Assembly: GCF_057098645.1 (NCBI RefSeq)
Contig: NZ_CM169472.1
Length of the DNA stretch: 64,000 nucleotides
Reading direction: 5' to 3' (one strand)
Part shown: positions 10,736 to 20,609 of the stretch, piece by piece
Position numbering within the stretch: the first letter of the stretch is position 1
Layout of the letters: each line of letters opens with the position of its first letter
The notes under the pieces: model-generated
Told to the model about the DNA's origin: nothing
The model's input: only the letters and a program-made list of their open reading frames with translations
Database searches by the model: none
Program-made: the position numbers and the translations under genes

Positions 10736-12226
10736 ATGAAATTGCACCATAGAATGCTCCGGCATTTTATCGCCGCAAGTGTCATTGTGCTGACATCTTC
10801 CTTCCTTATTTTTGAACTTGTCGCCAGCGACAGAGCAATGAGTGCCTATCTGCGCTATATCGTGCAGAAAGCAGACTCCTCCTTTCTTTATGATAAGTAT
10901 CAGAATCAGAGTATTGCCGCGCATGTGATGCGCGCTCTCGCTGCTGAGCAGTCGGAAGTGTCGCCAGAACAGCGGCGCGCCATCTGCGAGGCTTTTGAGT
11001 CTGCCAATAATACCCATGGCTTAAACCTGACTGCCCATAAATACCCGGGCTTACGCGGCACACTACAAACCGCATCCACTGACTGCGACACAATTGTGGA
11101 AGCTGCAGCACTATTACCCGCTTTTGATCAGGCAGTGGAAGGCAACCGCCACCAGGATGATTACGGTTCAGGTCTTGGGATGGCCGAAGAGAAATTTCAC
11201 TATTATCTCGATCTCAATGACCGCTATGTCTATTTTTATGAGCCGGTTAATGTTGAATACTTTGCGATGAATAACTGGTCCTTCCTGCAGTCAGGAAGTA
11301 TTGGCATCGATCGCAAAGATATTGAAAAGGTATTTACCGGGCGTACCGTATTGTCGAGCATTTACCAGGATCAGCGTACTAAACAGAACGTGATGAGTTT
11401 GCTGACGCCGGTGTATGTTGCAGGGCAGCTAAAAGGGATTGTGCTGCTGGATATTAACAAAAACAATCTGCGGAATATCTTTTACACTCATGACCGCCCT
11501 CTCCTCTGGCGTTTTCTCAATGTCACGCTAACCGATACAGATTCGGGGCGCGACATTATCATCAACCAGAGCGAAGATAATCTGTTCCAGTATGTCAGTT
11601 ACGTCCATGACTTACCGGGCGGCATTCGTGTCTCGTTATCCATTGATATTCTTTACTTTATCACGTCTTCGTGGAAAAGCGTTCTGTTCTGGATTTTGAC
11701 GGCGTTAATTTTGCTGAATATGGTGCGGATGCACTTCCGCTTATACCAAAATGTGTCGCGAGAAAATATTAGTGATGCGATGACTGGACTGTATAATCGC
11801 AAAATTTTAACCCCTGAACTGGAGCAGCGGTTGCAGAAACTGGTGCAATCCGGTTCTTCGGTGATGTTTATTGCAATTGACATGGACAAGTTAAAGCTAA
11901 TAAATGACACCCTCGGTCATCAGGAAGGGGATTTAGCGATTACGTTGTTAGCTCAGGCGATTAAACAGTCGATTCGTAAAAGTGATTATGCCATCCGACT
12001 CGGTGGCGATGAATTCTGCATCATTCTTGTCGATTCGACGCCGCAAATTGCATCACAACTGCCTGAACGTATCGAAAAACGTCTGCAACATATCGCGCCG
12101 CAGAAAGAGATCGGCTTCTCTTCCGGTATTTACGCGATGAAAGAAAACGATACGTTACATGATGCGTATAAAGCTTCCGATGAGCGTTTATATGTCAATA
12201 AGCAGAACAAAAACAGCCGTTCATGA
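10736..12226 (+). CDS. yeaJ: Diguanylate cyclase YeaJ (intact GGDEF)
   Basis: Start ATG 10736 (MKLHHRML) after AAGGAG gives 496 aa; RLGGDEF present; ORF-track start 10556 is an upstream extension. Confidence 0.85.
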   Translation: MKLHHRMLRHFIAASVIVLTSSFLIFELVASDRAMSAYLRYIVQKADSSFLYDKYQNQSIAAHVMRALAAEQSEVSPEQRRAICEAFESANNTHGLNLTAHKYPGLRGTLQTASTDCDTIVEAAALLPAFDQAVEGNRHQDDYGSGLGMAEEKFHYYLDLNDRYVYFYEPVNVEYFAMNNWSFLQSGSIGIDRKDIEKVFTGRTVLSSIYQDQRTKQNVMSLLTPVYVAGQLKGIVLLDINKNNLRNIFYTHDRPLLWRFLNVTLTDTDSGRDIIINQSEDNLFQYVSYVHDLPGGIRVSLSIDILYFITSSWKSVLFWILTALILLNMVRMHFRLYQNVSRENISDAMTGLYNRKILTPELEQRLQKLVQSGSSVMFIAIDMDKLKLINDTLGHQEGDLAITLLAQAIKQSIRKSDYAIRLGGDEFCIILVDSTPQIASQLPERIEKRLQHIAPQKEIGFSSGIYAMKENDTLHDAYKASDERLYVNKQNKNSRS

Positions 12227-12268
12227 TAACCTTCTGTGGTTGTTTGCTTGTAATCTCAGGAGCATGAA

Positions 12269-12772
12269 ATGACTGAAATGGCTAAAGGAAGCGTGACGCA
12301 TCAGCGGTTAATCGCTTTATTATCACAAGAAGGTGCAGACTTCCGCGTCGTTACCCATGAAGCGGTAGGTAAATGTGAAGCGGTGTCAGAAATTCGTGGC
12401 ACCGCTTTAGGCCAGGGGGCTAAGGCACTGGTATGTAAAGTCAAAGGCAATGGCGTAAATCAACATGTTCTGGCGATCCTCGCTGCGGATCAACAGGCCG
12501 ATCTGAGCCAACTCGCCAGCCATATAGGCGGATTACGCGCTTCGTTGGCCAGCCCGGCGGAAGTCGATGAACTCACAGGCTGTGTCTTCGGCGCGATCCC
12601 CCCTTTCAGCTTCCATCCAAAACTCAAACTGGTTGCCGACCCCCTACTCTTCGAACGATTTGATGAAATCGCCTTCAATGCAGGCATGCTGGATAAATCC
12701 GTTATTTTGAAAACCGCGGATTATTTGCGCATTGCGCAACCAGAACTGATCAATTTCCGCCGCACTGCGTAA
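12269..12772 (+). CDS. yeaK: YbaK/ProX-family aminoacyl-tRNA deacylase YeaK
   Basis: 167-aa ORF recognised as YeaK. Confidence 0.85.
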   Translation: MTEMAKGSVTHQRLIALLSQEGADFRVVTHEAVGKCEAVSEIRGTALGQGAKALVCKVKGNGVNQHVLAILAADQQADLSQLASHIGGLRASLASPAEVDELTGCVFGAIPPFSFHPKLKLVADPLLFERFDEIAFNAGMLDKSVILKTADYLRIAQPELINFRRTA

Positions 12773-12877
12773 CTAGCCTGTCCGTTCAATAAGCAGAACG
12801 GACAAAACCAGCACAACAGCAATGGCAAAAAACGATGACGTGATAATCAGTGTCTCGACGAACATTTGATCGTTCAT
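12773..12877 (-). CDS. yoaI: Small membrane protein YoaI (34 aa)
   Basis: Hand translation of the minus strand gives [34 protein letters not shown]; below the ORF-track length cut-off. Confidence 0.75.
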   Translation of the reverse strand: MNDQMFVETLIITSSFFAIAVVLVLSVLLIERTG

Positions 12878-13046
12878 AGCATGCCCCCGGGAGATAGCTG
12901 TTTTCACGTTATTGTTAGCGTGCACAAATGGCAGTTTGATGACAGTTCGCCTGATTTTTTATGCAAAAAACGTAAAGATTTTCTACTTCCTTCCTGCAGC
13001 AAGCGTAAAGTAAGCAGGCTTATTATTTTTTGGCAAGGAAACCACG

Positions 13047-13493
13047 ATGTTTGATGTCACTTTGCTGATCCTGCTCGGGTTAGCTGCGCTGGGCTTTATC
13101 AGTCATAACACCACTGTCGCCGTTTCAATTCTGGTGTTGATCATTGTCCGCGTCACACCGTTAAGCACCTTTTTCCCGTGGATTGAAAAACAGGGGCTAA
13201 GTATCGGGATAATCATTCTGACGATTGGCGTTATGGCCCCCATCGCCAGCGGGACGCTACCGCCCTCAACCTTGATTCACTCGTTTCTGAACTGGAAATC
13301 GCTGGTGGCAATTGCAGTAGGCGTTATTGTCTCCTGGCTGGGTGGGCGCGGCGTGACGTTAATGGGCAGCCAGCCGCAACTGGTTGCTGGGCTGCTGGTG
13401 GGCACTGTTTTAGGCGTAGCGCTGTTTCGCGGCGTACCGGTTGGCCCGCTTATTGCCGCGGGTCTGGTTTCGCTGATTGTGGGGAAACAGTAG
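13047..13493 (+). CDS. yeaL: UPF0756 inner-membrane protein YeaL
   Basis: 148-aa hydrophobic ORF recognised as YeaL. Confidence 0.85.
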
Positions 13494-14271
13494 TTAATCC
13501 CGCAATATATCGGCCTGGCGTTTGCCCCAGGCCTTTCTTAAACATAGTAATAAAGGCCGTTGTTGAATCATACCCCAGCGTATGAGCAACTTTCTGTACA
13601 GTATCGCCTTTCACTAATCCCTGAAGCGCCATAATCAGCTGTAACTGCTGACGCCACTGGCGAAAACTCAACCCCGTCTCTTTTACTATCAGTCGGGCAA
13701 GATTGCGTTCACTCATCGCAAAAAAGCCAGCCCATTGCCCCAATGACCCCCACTCGACGGGCTCTTTCGCCATCATCTCCACCATCGTGCGGATTTTAGG
13801 ATGAGAAGAAACGGGCAAGTGCAGCTGTTGTTGTGGCTGCTGAGGGAGTTCATCAAACAGGACCTGAATTAATCTGCGGGTCATCGGCTCAGCACGCTGA
13901 GTCGTAGTCCTGTTTGCCAGGGTTAAAATCAATTCCCGGCATAAGGGCGATATTTTCAATGTGCAACATGTTGTCGGCATTGTCACTGCGCTGGGTTCGA
14001 TAAACAGAAAACAGAGTTCAGCGTTAGCTGTCACTTGATTGCTATGCTTCACCCCGCCCGGTATCCAAACCGCATATTGTGGCGGCACCATCCACAAAGC
14101 ATTTTCCACCGTACAGGTAATTGCACCATGTAATGCCAGTATCAGCTGTCCTTTGCGGTGCTGATGTACAGGACTGGTTAACTCATCCGTTCCGGCGTGA
14201 ATACAAAATGCGACCGCGGCTTCATGGTGTCGGTCGGGTTCATAGCCATTGAGATTCAACCTGTGCATCAT
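13450..14271 (-). CDS. yeaM: AraC-family transcriptional regulator YeaM (NimR)
   Basis: 273-aa ORF with C-terminal AraC HTH; divergent from yeaN; 3' end overlaps yeaL. Confidence 0.85.
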
Positions 14272-14367
14272 TTTGTCCGAATATAGCGATAATTTGTCAT
14301 TTTAGCTTGATTCAACATAACAATAAAAACGGTAAGGTACAGCCTCGTTTGTAACAATGAGAAGCAT

Positions 14368-15549
14368 ATGACCTGTTCAACTTCATTAAGCGGCAAAAAC
14401 AGGATTGTCCTTATCGCTGGCATTCTGATGATTGCCACTACATTACGCGTCACCTTCACCGGCGCTGCACCGTTACTCGATACGATTCGTTCCGCTTACT
14501 CGCTGACGACTGCGCAAATCGGCTTATTGACCACCCTGCCATTATTGGCCTTTGCGCTAATCTCACCTTTGGCCGCCCCGGTGGCGCGACGTTTTGGTAT
14601 GGAACGTAGCCTGTTTGCCGCGTTACTTTTGATCTGTGCTGGTATCGCAATTCGCTCTCTCCCTTCGCCTTACTTATTATTTGGCGGTACAGCGGTCATT
14701 GGCGGTGGGATTGCATTAGGCAATGTCTTACTGCCAGGATTAATTAAACGCGATTTCCCTCATTCCGTCGCCAGACTTACCGGCGCATATTCCCTGACAA
14801 TGGGAGCTGCGGCGGCACTGGGATCGGCTATGGTAGTGCCGCTGGCTTTGAACGGTTTTGGCTGGCAAGGCGCGTTGCTCATGCTGATGTGTTTTCCTCT
14901 GCTGGCTCTTTTTTTATGGCTGCCACAGTGGCGAAGCCAACAACATGCAAATTTGAGTACTTCACGCGCCTTACATACTCGGGGTATCTGGCGTTCGCCG
15001 CTTGCCTGGCAGGTAACATTGTTTCTTGGGATCAACTCACTGGTCTATTACGTGATTATTGGCTGGCTTCCGGCGATCCTCATCAGTCACGGCTATAGCG
15101 AAGCACAGGCGGGTTCACTGCATGGTTTGCTGCAACTAGCCACAGCAGCTCCCGGTTTGCTGATCCCGCTTTTCTTACATCATGTGAAAGATCAGCGTGG
15201 TATTGCAGCGTTCGTTGCCTTGATGTGCGCAGTGGGCGCGGTTGGGCTCTGCTTTATGCCAGCGCACGCGATCACCTGGACTCTGCTTTTCGGTTTTGGT
15301 TCCGGCGCAACAATGATACTGGGGTTGACGTTCATTGGTCTTCGGGCAAGTTCTGCGCATCAGGCGGCGGCACTCTCGGGGATGGCACAATCCGTCGGGT
15401 ATTTGCTGGCAGCCTGTGGGCCGCCGCTGATGGGTAAAATACACGATGCTAACGGTAACTGGTCTGTACCACTGATGGGTGTTGCCATGCTTTCACTACT
15501 GATGGCGATTTTCGGACTTTGCGCCGGAAGAGACAAAGAAATTCGCTAA
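14368..15549 (+). CDS. yeaN: MFS transporter YeaN (NimT)
   Basis: 393-aa 12-TM ORF recognised as YeaN. Confidence 0.85.
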   Translation: MTCSTSLSGKNRIVLIAGILMIATTLRVTFTGAAPLLDTIRSAYSLTTAQIGLLTTLPLLAFALISPLAAPVARRFGMERSLFAALLLICAGIAIRSLPSPYLLFGGTAVIGGGIALGNVLLPGLIKRDFPHSVARLTGAYSLTMGAAAALGSAMVVPLALNGFGWQGALLMLMCFPLLALFLWLPQWRSQQHANLSTSRALHTRGIWRSPLAWQVTLFLGINSLVYYVIIGWLPAILISHGYSEAQAGSLHGLLQLATAAPGLLIPLFLHHVKDQRGIAAFVALMCAVGAVGLCFMPAHAITWTLLFGFGSGATMILGLTFIGLRASSAHQAAALSGMAQSVGYLLAACGPPLMGKIHDANGNWSVPLMGVAMLSLLMAIFGLCAGRDKEIR

Positions 15550-15603
15550 TATCCGGTGCTATAGTGACGTGACAAATCATGCGTGAAAGGGAGAACAAAC
15601 ACG

Positions 15604-15951
15604 ATGAATATTCAGTGCAAACGCGTTTATGATCCGGCAGAACAGAGCGATGGTTATCGCATACTGGTCGACCGCCTCTGGCCGCGCGGTATCAAAAAAA
15701 CCGATTTAGCCCTTGATGAGTGGGATAAAGAAATCACGCCGTCAACGGAACTGCGCAAAGCCTTTCACGGCGAAGTCGTCGATTTTGCAACCTTTCGCGA
15801 GCAATATCTTGCAGAACTGGCGCAACACGAGCAAGAAGGAAAGCGGCTGGCGGACATCGCCAAAAAACAGCCGCTGACCCTGCTCTACTCAGCAAAAAAC
15901 ACCACGCAGAACCATGCGCTGGTGCTGGCCGACTGGCTACGTAGCTTGTGA
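15604..15951 (+). CDS. yeaO: DUF488 protein YeaO
   Basis: ATG 15604 (MNIQCKRVYD) after GGGAGA gives 115 aa; ORF-track start 15583 is a GTG extension. Confidence 0.85.
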   Translation: MNIQCKRVYDPAEQSDGYRILVDRLWPRGIKKTDLALDEWDKEITPSTELRKAFHGEVVDFATFREQYLAELAQHEQEGKRLADIAKKQPLTLLYSAKNTTQNHALVLADWLRSL

Positions 15952-15972
15952 TTTTAGTACAGCATCCGGCGG

Positions 15973-16227
15973 TTATTTTTCACCAGCCGGATGGTCCCGT
16001 CGCCACAATGCCCATTCATCAATCGTTTCACCGCCCGGTAATTTGCAATTGTTGCTGACCCCTTGCGCTGTCTGCACTGGAATGAGCGTCCCGCCCTTCT
16101 GCTGGCAATAGACCGACGCCGGATTTGCCATACCAATCTGCGGCGGTTTAGGTGCATCTGGCTGAGAAGGGGTTGAACAACCAGCCAGGACCAGCAAGCA
16201 AGGCAGAACAAAACTGATAATTTTCAT
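15973..16227 (-). CDS. yoaF: Lipoprotein YoaF (DUF333)
   Basis: 84-aa ORF with lipobox LAGC. Confidence 0.85.
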   Translation of the reverse strand: MKIISFVLPCLLVLAGCSTPSQPDAPKPPQIGMANPASVYCQQKGGTLIPVQTAQGVSNNCKLPGGETIDEWALWRRDHPAGEK

Positions 16228-16409
16228 TTATTGATCTCACATATTTATCCAAGCTTAGAGTATCGCGGTATCGTTTTGTTTTGCAGCACTATTTTTATTA
16301 CATTCACTCAAAACATATTACGTCTTGTTTCATCTTTGTTGATGATGTTTTATCATGCCTGCAAAGATTAAATAATCAGCACTTACCCGCCGTATCCTGG
16401 AGTTGTTCC

Positions 16410-17435
16410 GTGTCAGATCAGATTATCGCCCGCGTCTCGCAATCCCTTGCCAAAGAACAGTCACTGGAAAGTCTGGTCCGACAGCTTCTGGAGATGCTGG
16501 AAATGGTCACTGATATGGAATCAACCTACCTGACCAAAGTGGATGTCGAAGCGCGCCTGCAGCATATTATGTTTGCCCGTAACAGCCAGAAAATGCACAT
16601 CCCGGAGAATTTTACCGTCTCGTGGGATTACTCGTTATGCAAACGCGCCATTGATGAAAACTGCTTTTTCAGCGATGAAGTCCCTGACCGTTGGGGCGAC
16701 TGTATTGCGGCACGCAATCTTGGCATCACCACATTTCTGAGCACGCCAATTCACTTACCGGATGGATCATTCTATGGCACGCTTTGCGCCGCCAGCAGTG
16801 AGAAGCGCCAGTGGAGTGAACGCGCGGAACAGGTTTTACAGTTATTCGCCGGACTGATTGCACAATATATTCAAAAAGAGGCACTGGTTGAACAGCTGCG
16901 CGAAGCCAATGCTGCGCTGATTGCGCAATCGTATACCGACTCGTTAACCGGGCTACCGAATCGGCGGGCGATTTTTGAAAATCTGACGACGCTGTTTTCC
17001 CTCGCCCGGCATCTTAACCATAAGATAATGATCGCGTTTATCGATCTGGATAACTTCAAATTAATCAATGATCGTTTTGGTCATAATAGTGGCGATCTGT
17101 TTCTCATTCAGGTTGGCGAGCGCCTTAATACGCTCCAGCAAAATGGCGAAGTTATTGGTCGTCTCGGTGGTGATGAGTTTTTGGTTGTTTCACTAAACAA
17201 CGAGAATGCGGATATTTCGTCGCTGCGAGAACGTATTCAACAGCAAATACGTGGAGAATATCACTTAGGTGATGTTGATTTGTATTATCCCGGTGCCAGT
17301 CTTGGCATAGTAGAAGTCGATCCTGAAACGACCGATGCAGACAGTGCCCTGCATGCTGCCGATATCGCGATGTATCAGGAGAAAAAACACAAACAGAAAA
17401 CACCTTTTGTCGCGCATCCAGCGCTACATTCCTGA
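16410..17435 (+). CDS. yeaP: GAF-GGDEF diguanylate cyclase YeaP
   Basis: GTG start 16410 after GGAG gives 341 aa; RLGGDEF present; ORF-track start 16281 is an upstream extension. Confidence 0.85.
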   Translation: MSDQIIARVSQSLAKEQSLESLVRQLLEMLEMVTDMESTYLTKVDVEARLQHIMFARNSQKMHIPENFTVSWDYSLCKRAIDENCFFSDEVPDRWGDCIAARNLGITTFLSTPIHLPDGSFYGTLCAASSEKRQWSERAEQVLQLFAGLIAQYIQKEALVEQLREANAALIAQSYTDSLTGLPNRRAIFENLTTLFSLARHLNHKIMIAFIDLDNFKLINDRFGHNSGDLFLIQVGERLNTLQQNGEVIGRLGGDEFLVVSLNNENADISSLRERIQQQIRGEYHLGDVDLYYPGASLGIVEVDPETTDADSALHAADIAMYQEKKHKQKTPFVAHPALHS

Positions 17436-17467
17436 GGCGTATTCACATCCTTTTGATTGGTGATAAC

Positions 17468-17566
17468 ATGCGAATCGGTATTATTTTTCCGGTTGTAATC
17501 TTCATTACAGCGGTCGTATTTTTAGCATGGTTTTTTATTGGCGGCTATGCTGCCCCGGGAGCATAA
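17468..17566 (+). CDS. yoaK: Small membrane protein YoaK (32 aa)
   Basis: Hand translation gives MRIGIIFPVVIFITAVVFLAWFFIGGYAAPGA; absent from ORF track. Confidence 0.7.
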   Translation: MRIGIIFPVVIFITAVVFLAWFFIGGYAAPGA

Positions 17567-17568
17567 AG

Positions 17569-17643
17569 ATGAAAAAAACAACGATTATTATGATGGGTGT
17601 GGCGATTATTGTCGTACTCGGCACTGAGCTGGGATGGTGGTAA
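17569..17643 (+). CDS. yoaJ: Small membrane protein YoaJ (24 aa)
   Basis: Hand translation gives MKKTTIIMMGVAIIVVLGTELGWW; starts 2 nt after the yoaK stop. Confidence 0.7.
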   Translation: MKKTTIIMMGVAIIVVLGTELGWW

Positions 17644-17664
17644 CGTCACCTCTAAAAAATAGCA

Positions 17665-17688
17665 AAGGCTGCCTGTGTGCAGCCTTTG
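17665..17688. terminator. Bidirectional stem-loop between yoaJ (+) and yeaQ (-)
   Basis: AAAGGCTGC-ctgtgt-GCAGCCTTT. Confidence 0.55.
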
Positions 17689-17701
17689 TGCAATTTAAGC
17701 G

Positions 17702-17950
17702 TTAACTTTTAATCTTCCTGTAGATAAATAGCACGACAATCGCACCAATAACGGCAACCACGAAGCTGCCAAAATTGAAGCCATCAACTTTACCAAAGCC
17801 AAACAGCGTGCTGATCCATCCGCCGACTACGGCACCGACTATCCCCAGCAGGATAGTCATAAAGAATCCACCACCATCTTTACCTGGCATGATCCACTTC
17901 GCCAGAATACCGGCAATAAGCCCAAAAATAATCCATGACAGAATGCCCAT
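17702..17950 (-). CDS. yeaQ: GlsB/YeaQ/YmgE-family small membrane protein YeaQ
   Basis: 82-aa Gly-rich two-TM ORF. Confidence 0.85.
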   Translation of the reverse strand: MGILSWIIFGLIAGILAKWIMPGKDGGGFFMTILLGIVGAVVGGWISTLFGFGKVDGFNFGSFVVAVIGAIVVLFIYRKIKS

Positions 17951-18097
17951 TGTTTCCTCACTTATCTGTTTTGCATTAGCGGGTTAGTCGCTGATAAAAA
18001 GCATAGCACAACATCGGGAGGGCAAGATTTGTGACGAGCATCACGGAGGATTTTTTTGCGATGGCGCAGAAATTGCGCCATCAACGATCAGTGATAA

Positions 18098-18280
18098 TTA
18101 CCAACCACAAACATCATGTTCGTTTTCCGTGTCATAAGAACGTACGGTATTCACCAGATCTTTTATCACTTCAGCCGCCTCTTCTGGCACCAGCAAAGTC
18201 ATCGGCGTCTCTGTTTCATAATCGACAGAAACGCCATTGCTGTTATTGGTGACGGTCACGGTATACGTTGCTTTGCTCAT
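18098..18280 (-). CDS. yoaG: DUF1869 protein YoaG
   Basis: 60-aa ORF, 3 nt downstream of yeaR on the same strand. Confidence 0.8.
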   Translation of the reverse strand: MSKATYTVTVTNNSNGVSVDYETETPMTLLVPEEAAEVIKDLVNTVRSYDTENEHDVCGW

Positions 18281-18283
18281 GAT

Positions 18284-18643
18284 TCATTTCCCGTTATGAA
18301 TGACTTTCCGTTGTTGCGCACCTTCCATCAGGACTTCAGGAGCCACGAAGAAGTCAATATTGAAATAAGTATCGTCAGTCATGGCTTCAATGTTGTGCCA
18401 CTTTTCTGGAGGGAACACCGCGAACTGCCCCGCTTCGATAAGGATCACCTGATCAGGCTCTGCACTGTGTTCATCAGCGTAGCCGAGATATTTGACCGCC
18501 CCATGCATAACGGAAAGGCGTGGGTAAACCCCCGGGCGCGTTCCTTTATCAAGATGACGTTCGAATATTCCGGCAGGCGCAGTTTGTTTATTCCAGAAAG
18601 GCGTTGAGCGCGTATGAATATAATTCTGTGGGATTTGCAGCAT
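18284..18643 (-). CDS. yeaR: DUF1971 protein YeaR
   Basis: 119-aa ORF recognised as YeaR. Confidence 0.85.
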   Translation of the reverse strand: MLQIPQNYIHTRSTPFWNKQTAPAGIFERHLDKGTRPGVYPRLSVMHGAVKYLGYADEHSAEPDQVILIEAGQFAVFPPEKWHNIEAMTDDTYFNIDFFVAPEVLMEGAQQRKVIHNGK

Positions 18644-18815
18644 CCTTTTCCCTCCTTCGGTGAATGCGCTGAAAACGGTTTATTCCAGCCGTTTCAGGGT
18701 ACGCCTGATAATTTGCATTTTAAATACCATTTATTGGTTACTTTTTAGCACCATATCAGAGAAGAATCAGGGAGGATTATAGATGGGAAGCCCGCGACAA
18801 CGCGGGCTGAAAGCA

Positions 18816-19523
<708 letters not shown>

Positions 19524-19580
19524 TTAGAAAGGAGAAAATCAGGTTTTAACCTGATATCAACCCGATAATTGAATCATTAA

Positions 19581-20504
19581 TCAGGCATGCTCCAGTGAAA
19601 AATTCGGGTAGTGCTCGGCAAAATACTGGCGTAAAAATTCTACCGTTATCCGCACTTTCGCTGACGTCGCCAGCCTTGAAACATAAACGGCCCAGACGTT
19701 CGCTGGCTGGTAATATTCCGGTAGCACTTGCACTAAATGACCACTGGCAATGTTTTCGCTAACATCCCACCAGGAACGCAAAGCAATCCCCTGCCCATCG
19801 AGACACCACTGATGGACAATTTCTCCATGATTAGACGACAGTGGGCCGGTGACTTTAATCGCATGGTGGCCTTCTTTATTGCGTAATTGCCAGACACCAA
19901 AAGGATGATCGCGCTCTTTAATGACCAGGCACGGCAATGCAGAAAGATCGGTTAAATGTTTCGGCGCGCCATGTTGCGCAATAAATTCCGGCGACGCGCA
20001 GAGAATGCGGTAATTGGTCGCCAGTTTGCGGGCGATTAAATTAGGGGCGATGTCATCGCCAATGCGAATATCGAGATCGACACCTTCATTGACCAAATCG
20101 ACCAGCCGGTCTTCCACATCAAAACGTAATTCCAGTTGCGGATACGCCTTCGCCAGCGCTGATAACGCCGGAGCCACCACCTGTCGTCCAAAACCAAAGC
20201 TGCTGATAATACGCAGCATCCCCTGTGGCACCTGACGCACGTCAGAAAGTTCGTCCATCATCTGACCGACATCCTGCAAAATCCGCTGCGCCCATTCATA
20301 AATCCGCTCTCCTTCTTCGGTAATGGTGACGCGGCGGGTGGTGCGGTGTAACAACACCACGTTTAGCGTTTGCTCCAGCAAGGCGATGCGCTTGCTGACG
20401 AACGCCGGTGAAACGCCCAGTTCTTCCGCCACGGCGGCAAAACCAGCCCGGCGAGCCACCAGCATAAAGACGCGCAAATCATTCAGCAGCGGTAAATTAT
20501 TCAT
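19581..20504 (-). CDS. dmlR: LysR-family regulator DmlR
   Basis: Start at MNNLPLLNDL gives 307 aa; divergent from dmlA. Confidence 0.85.
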   Translation of the reverse strand: MNNLPLLNDLRVFMLVARRAGFAAVAEELGVSPAFVSKRIALLEQTLNVVLLHRTTRRVTITEEGERIYEWAQRILQDVGQMMDELSDVRQVPQGMLRIISSFGFGRQVVAPALSALAKAYPQLELRFDVEDRLVDLVNEGVDLDIRIGDDIAPNLIARKLATNYRILCASPEFIAQHGAPKHLTDLSALPCLVIKERDHPFGVWQLRNKEGHHAIKVTGPLSSNHGEIVHQWCLDGQGIALRSWWDVSENIASGHLVQVLPEYYQPANVWAVYVSRLATSAKVRITVEFLRQYFAEHYPNFSLEHA

Positions 20505-20609
20505 GATTCGTGTTTTATGTTTCACCAGTTACGGGGATTAATTCCTTTTCAGTCAATTATAGGATGGTGATGTTGTCAATTTTGATGGTCAGGAAGTGAG
20601 AACCCAATA

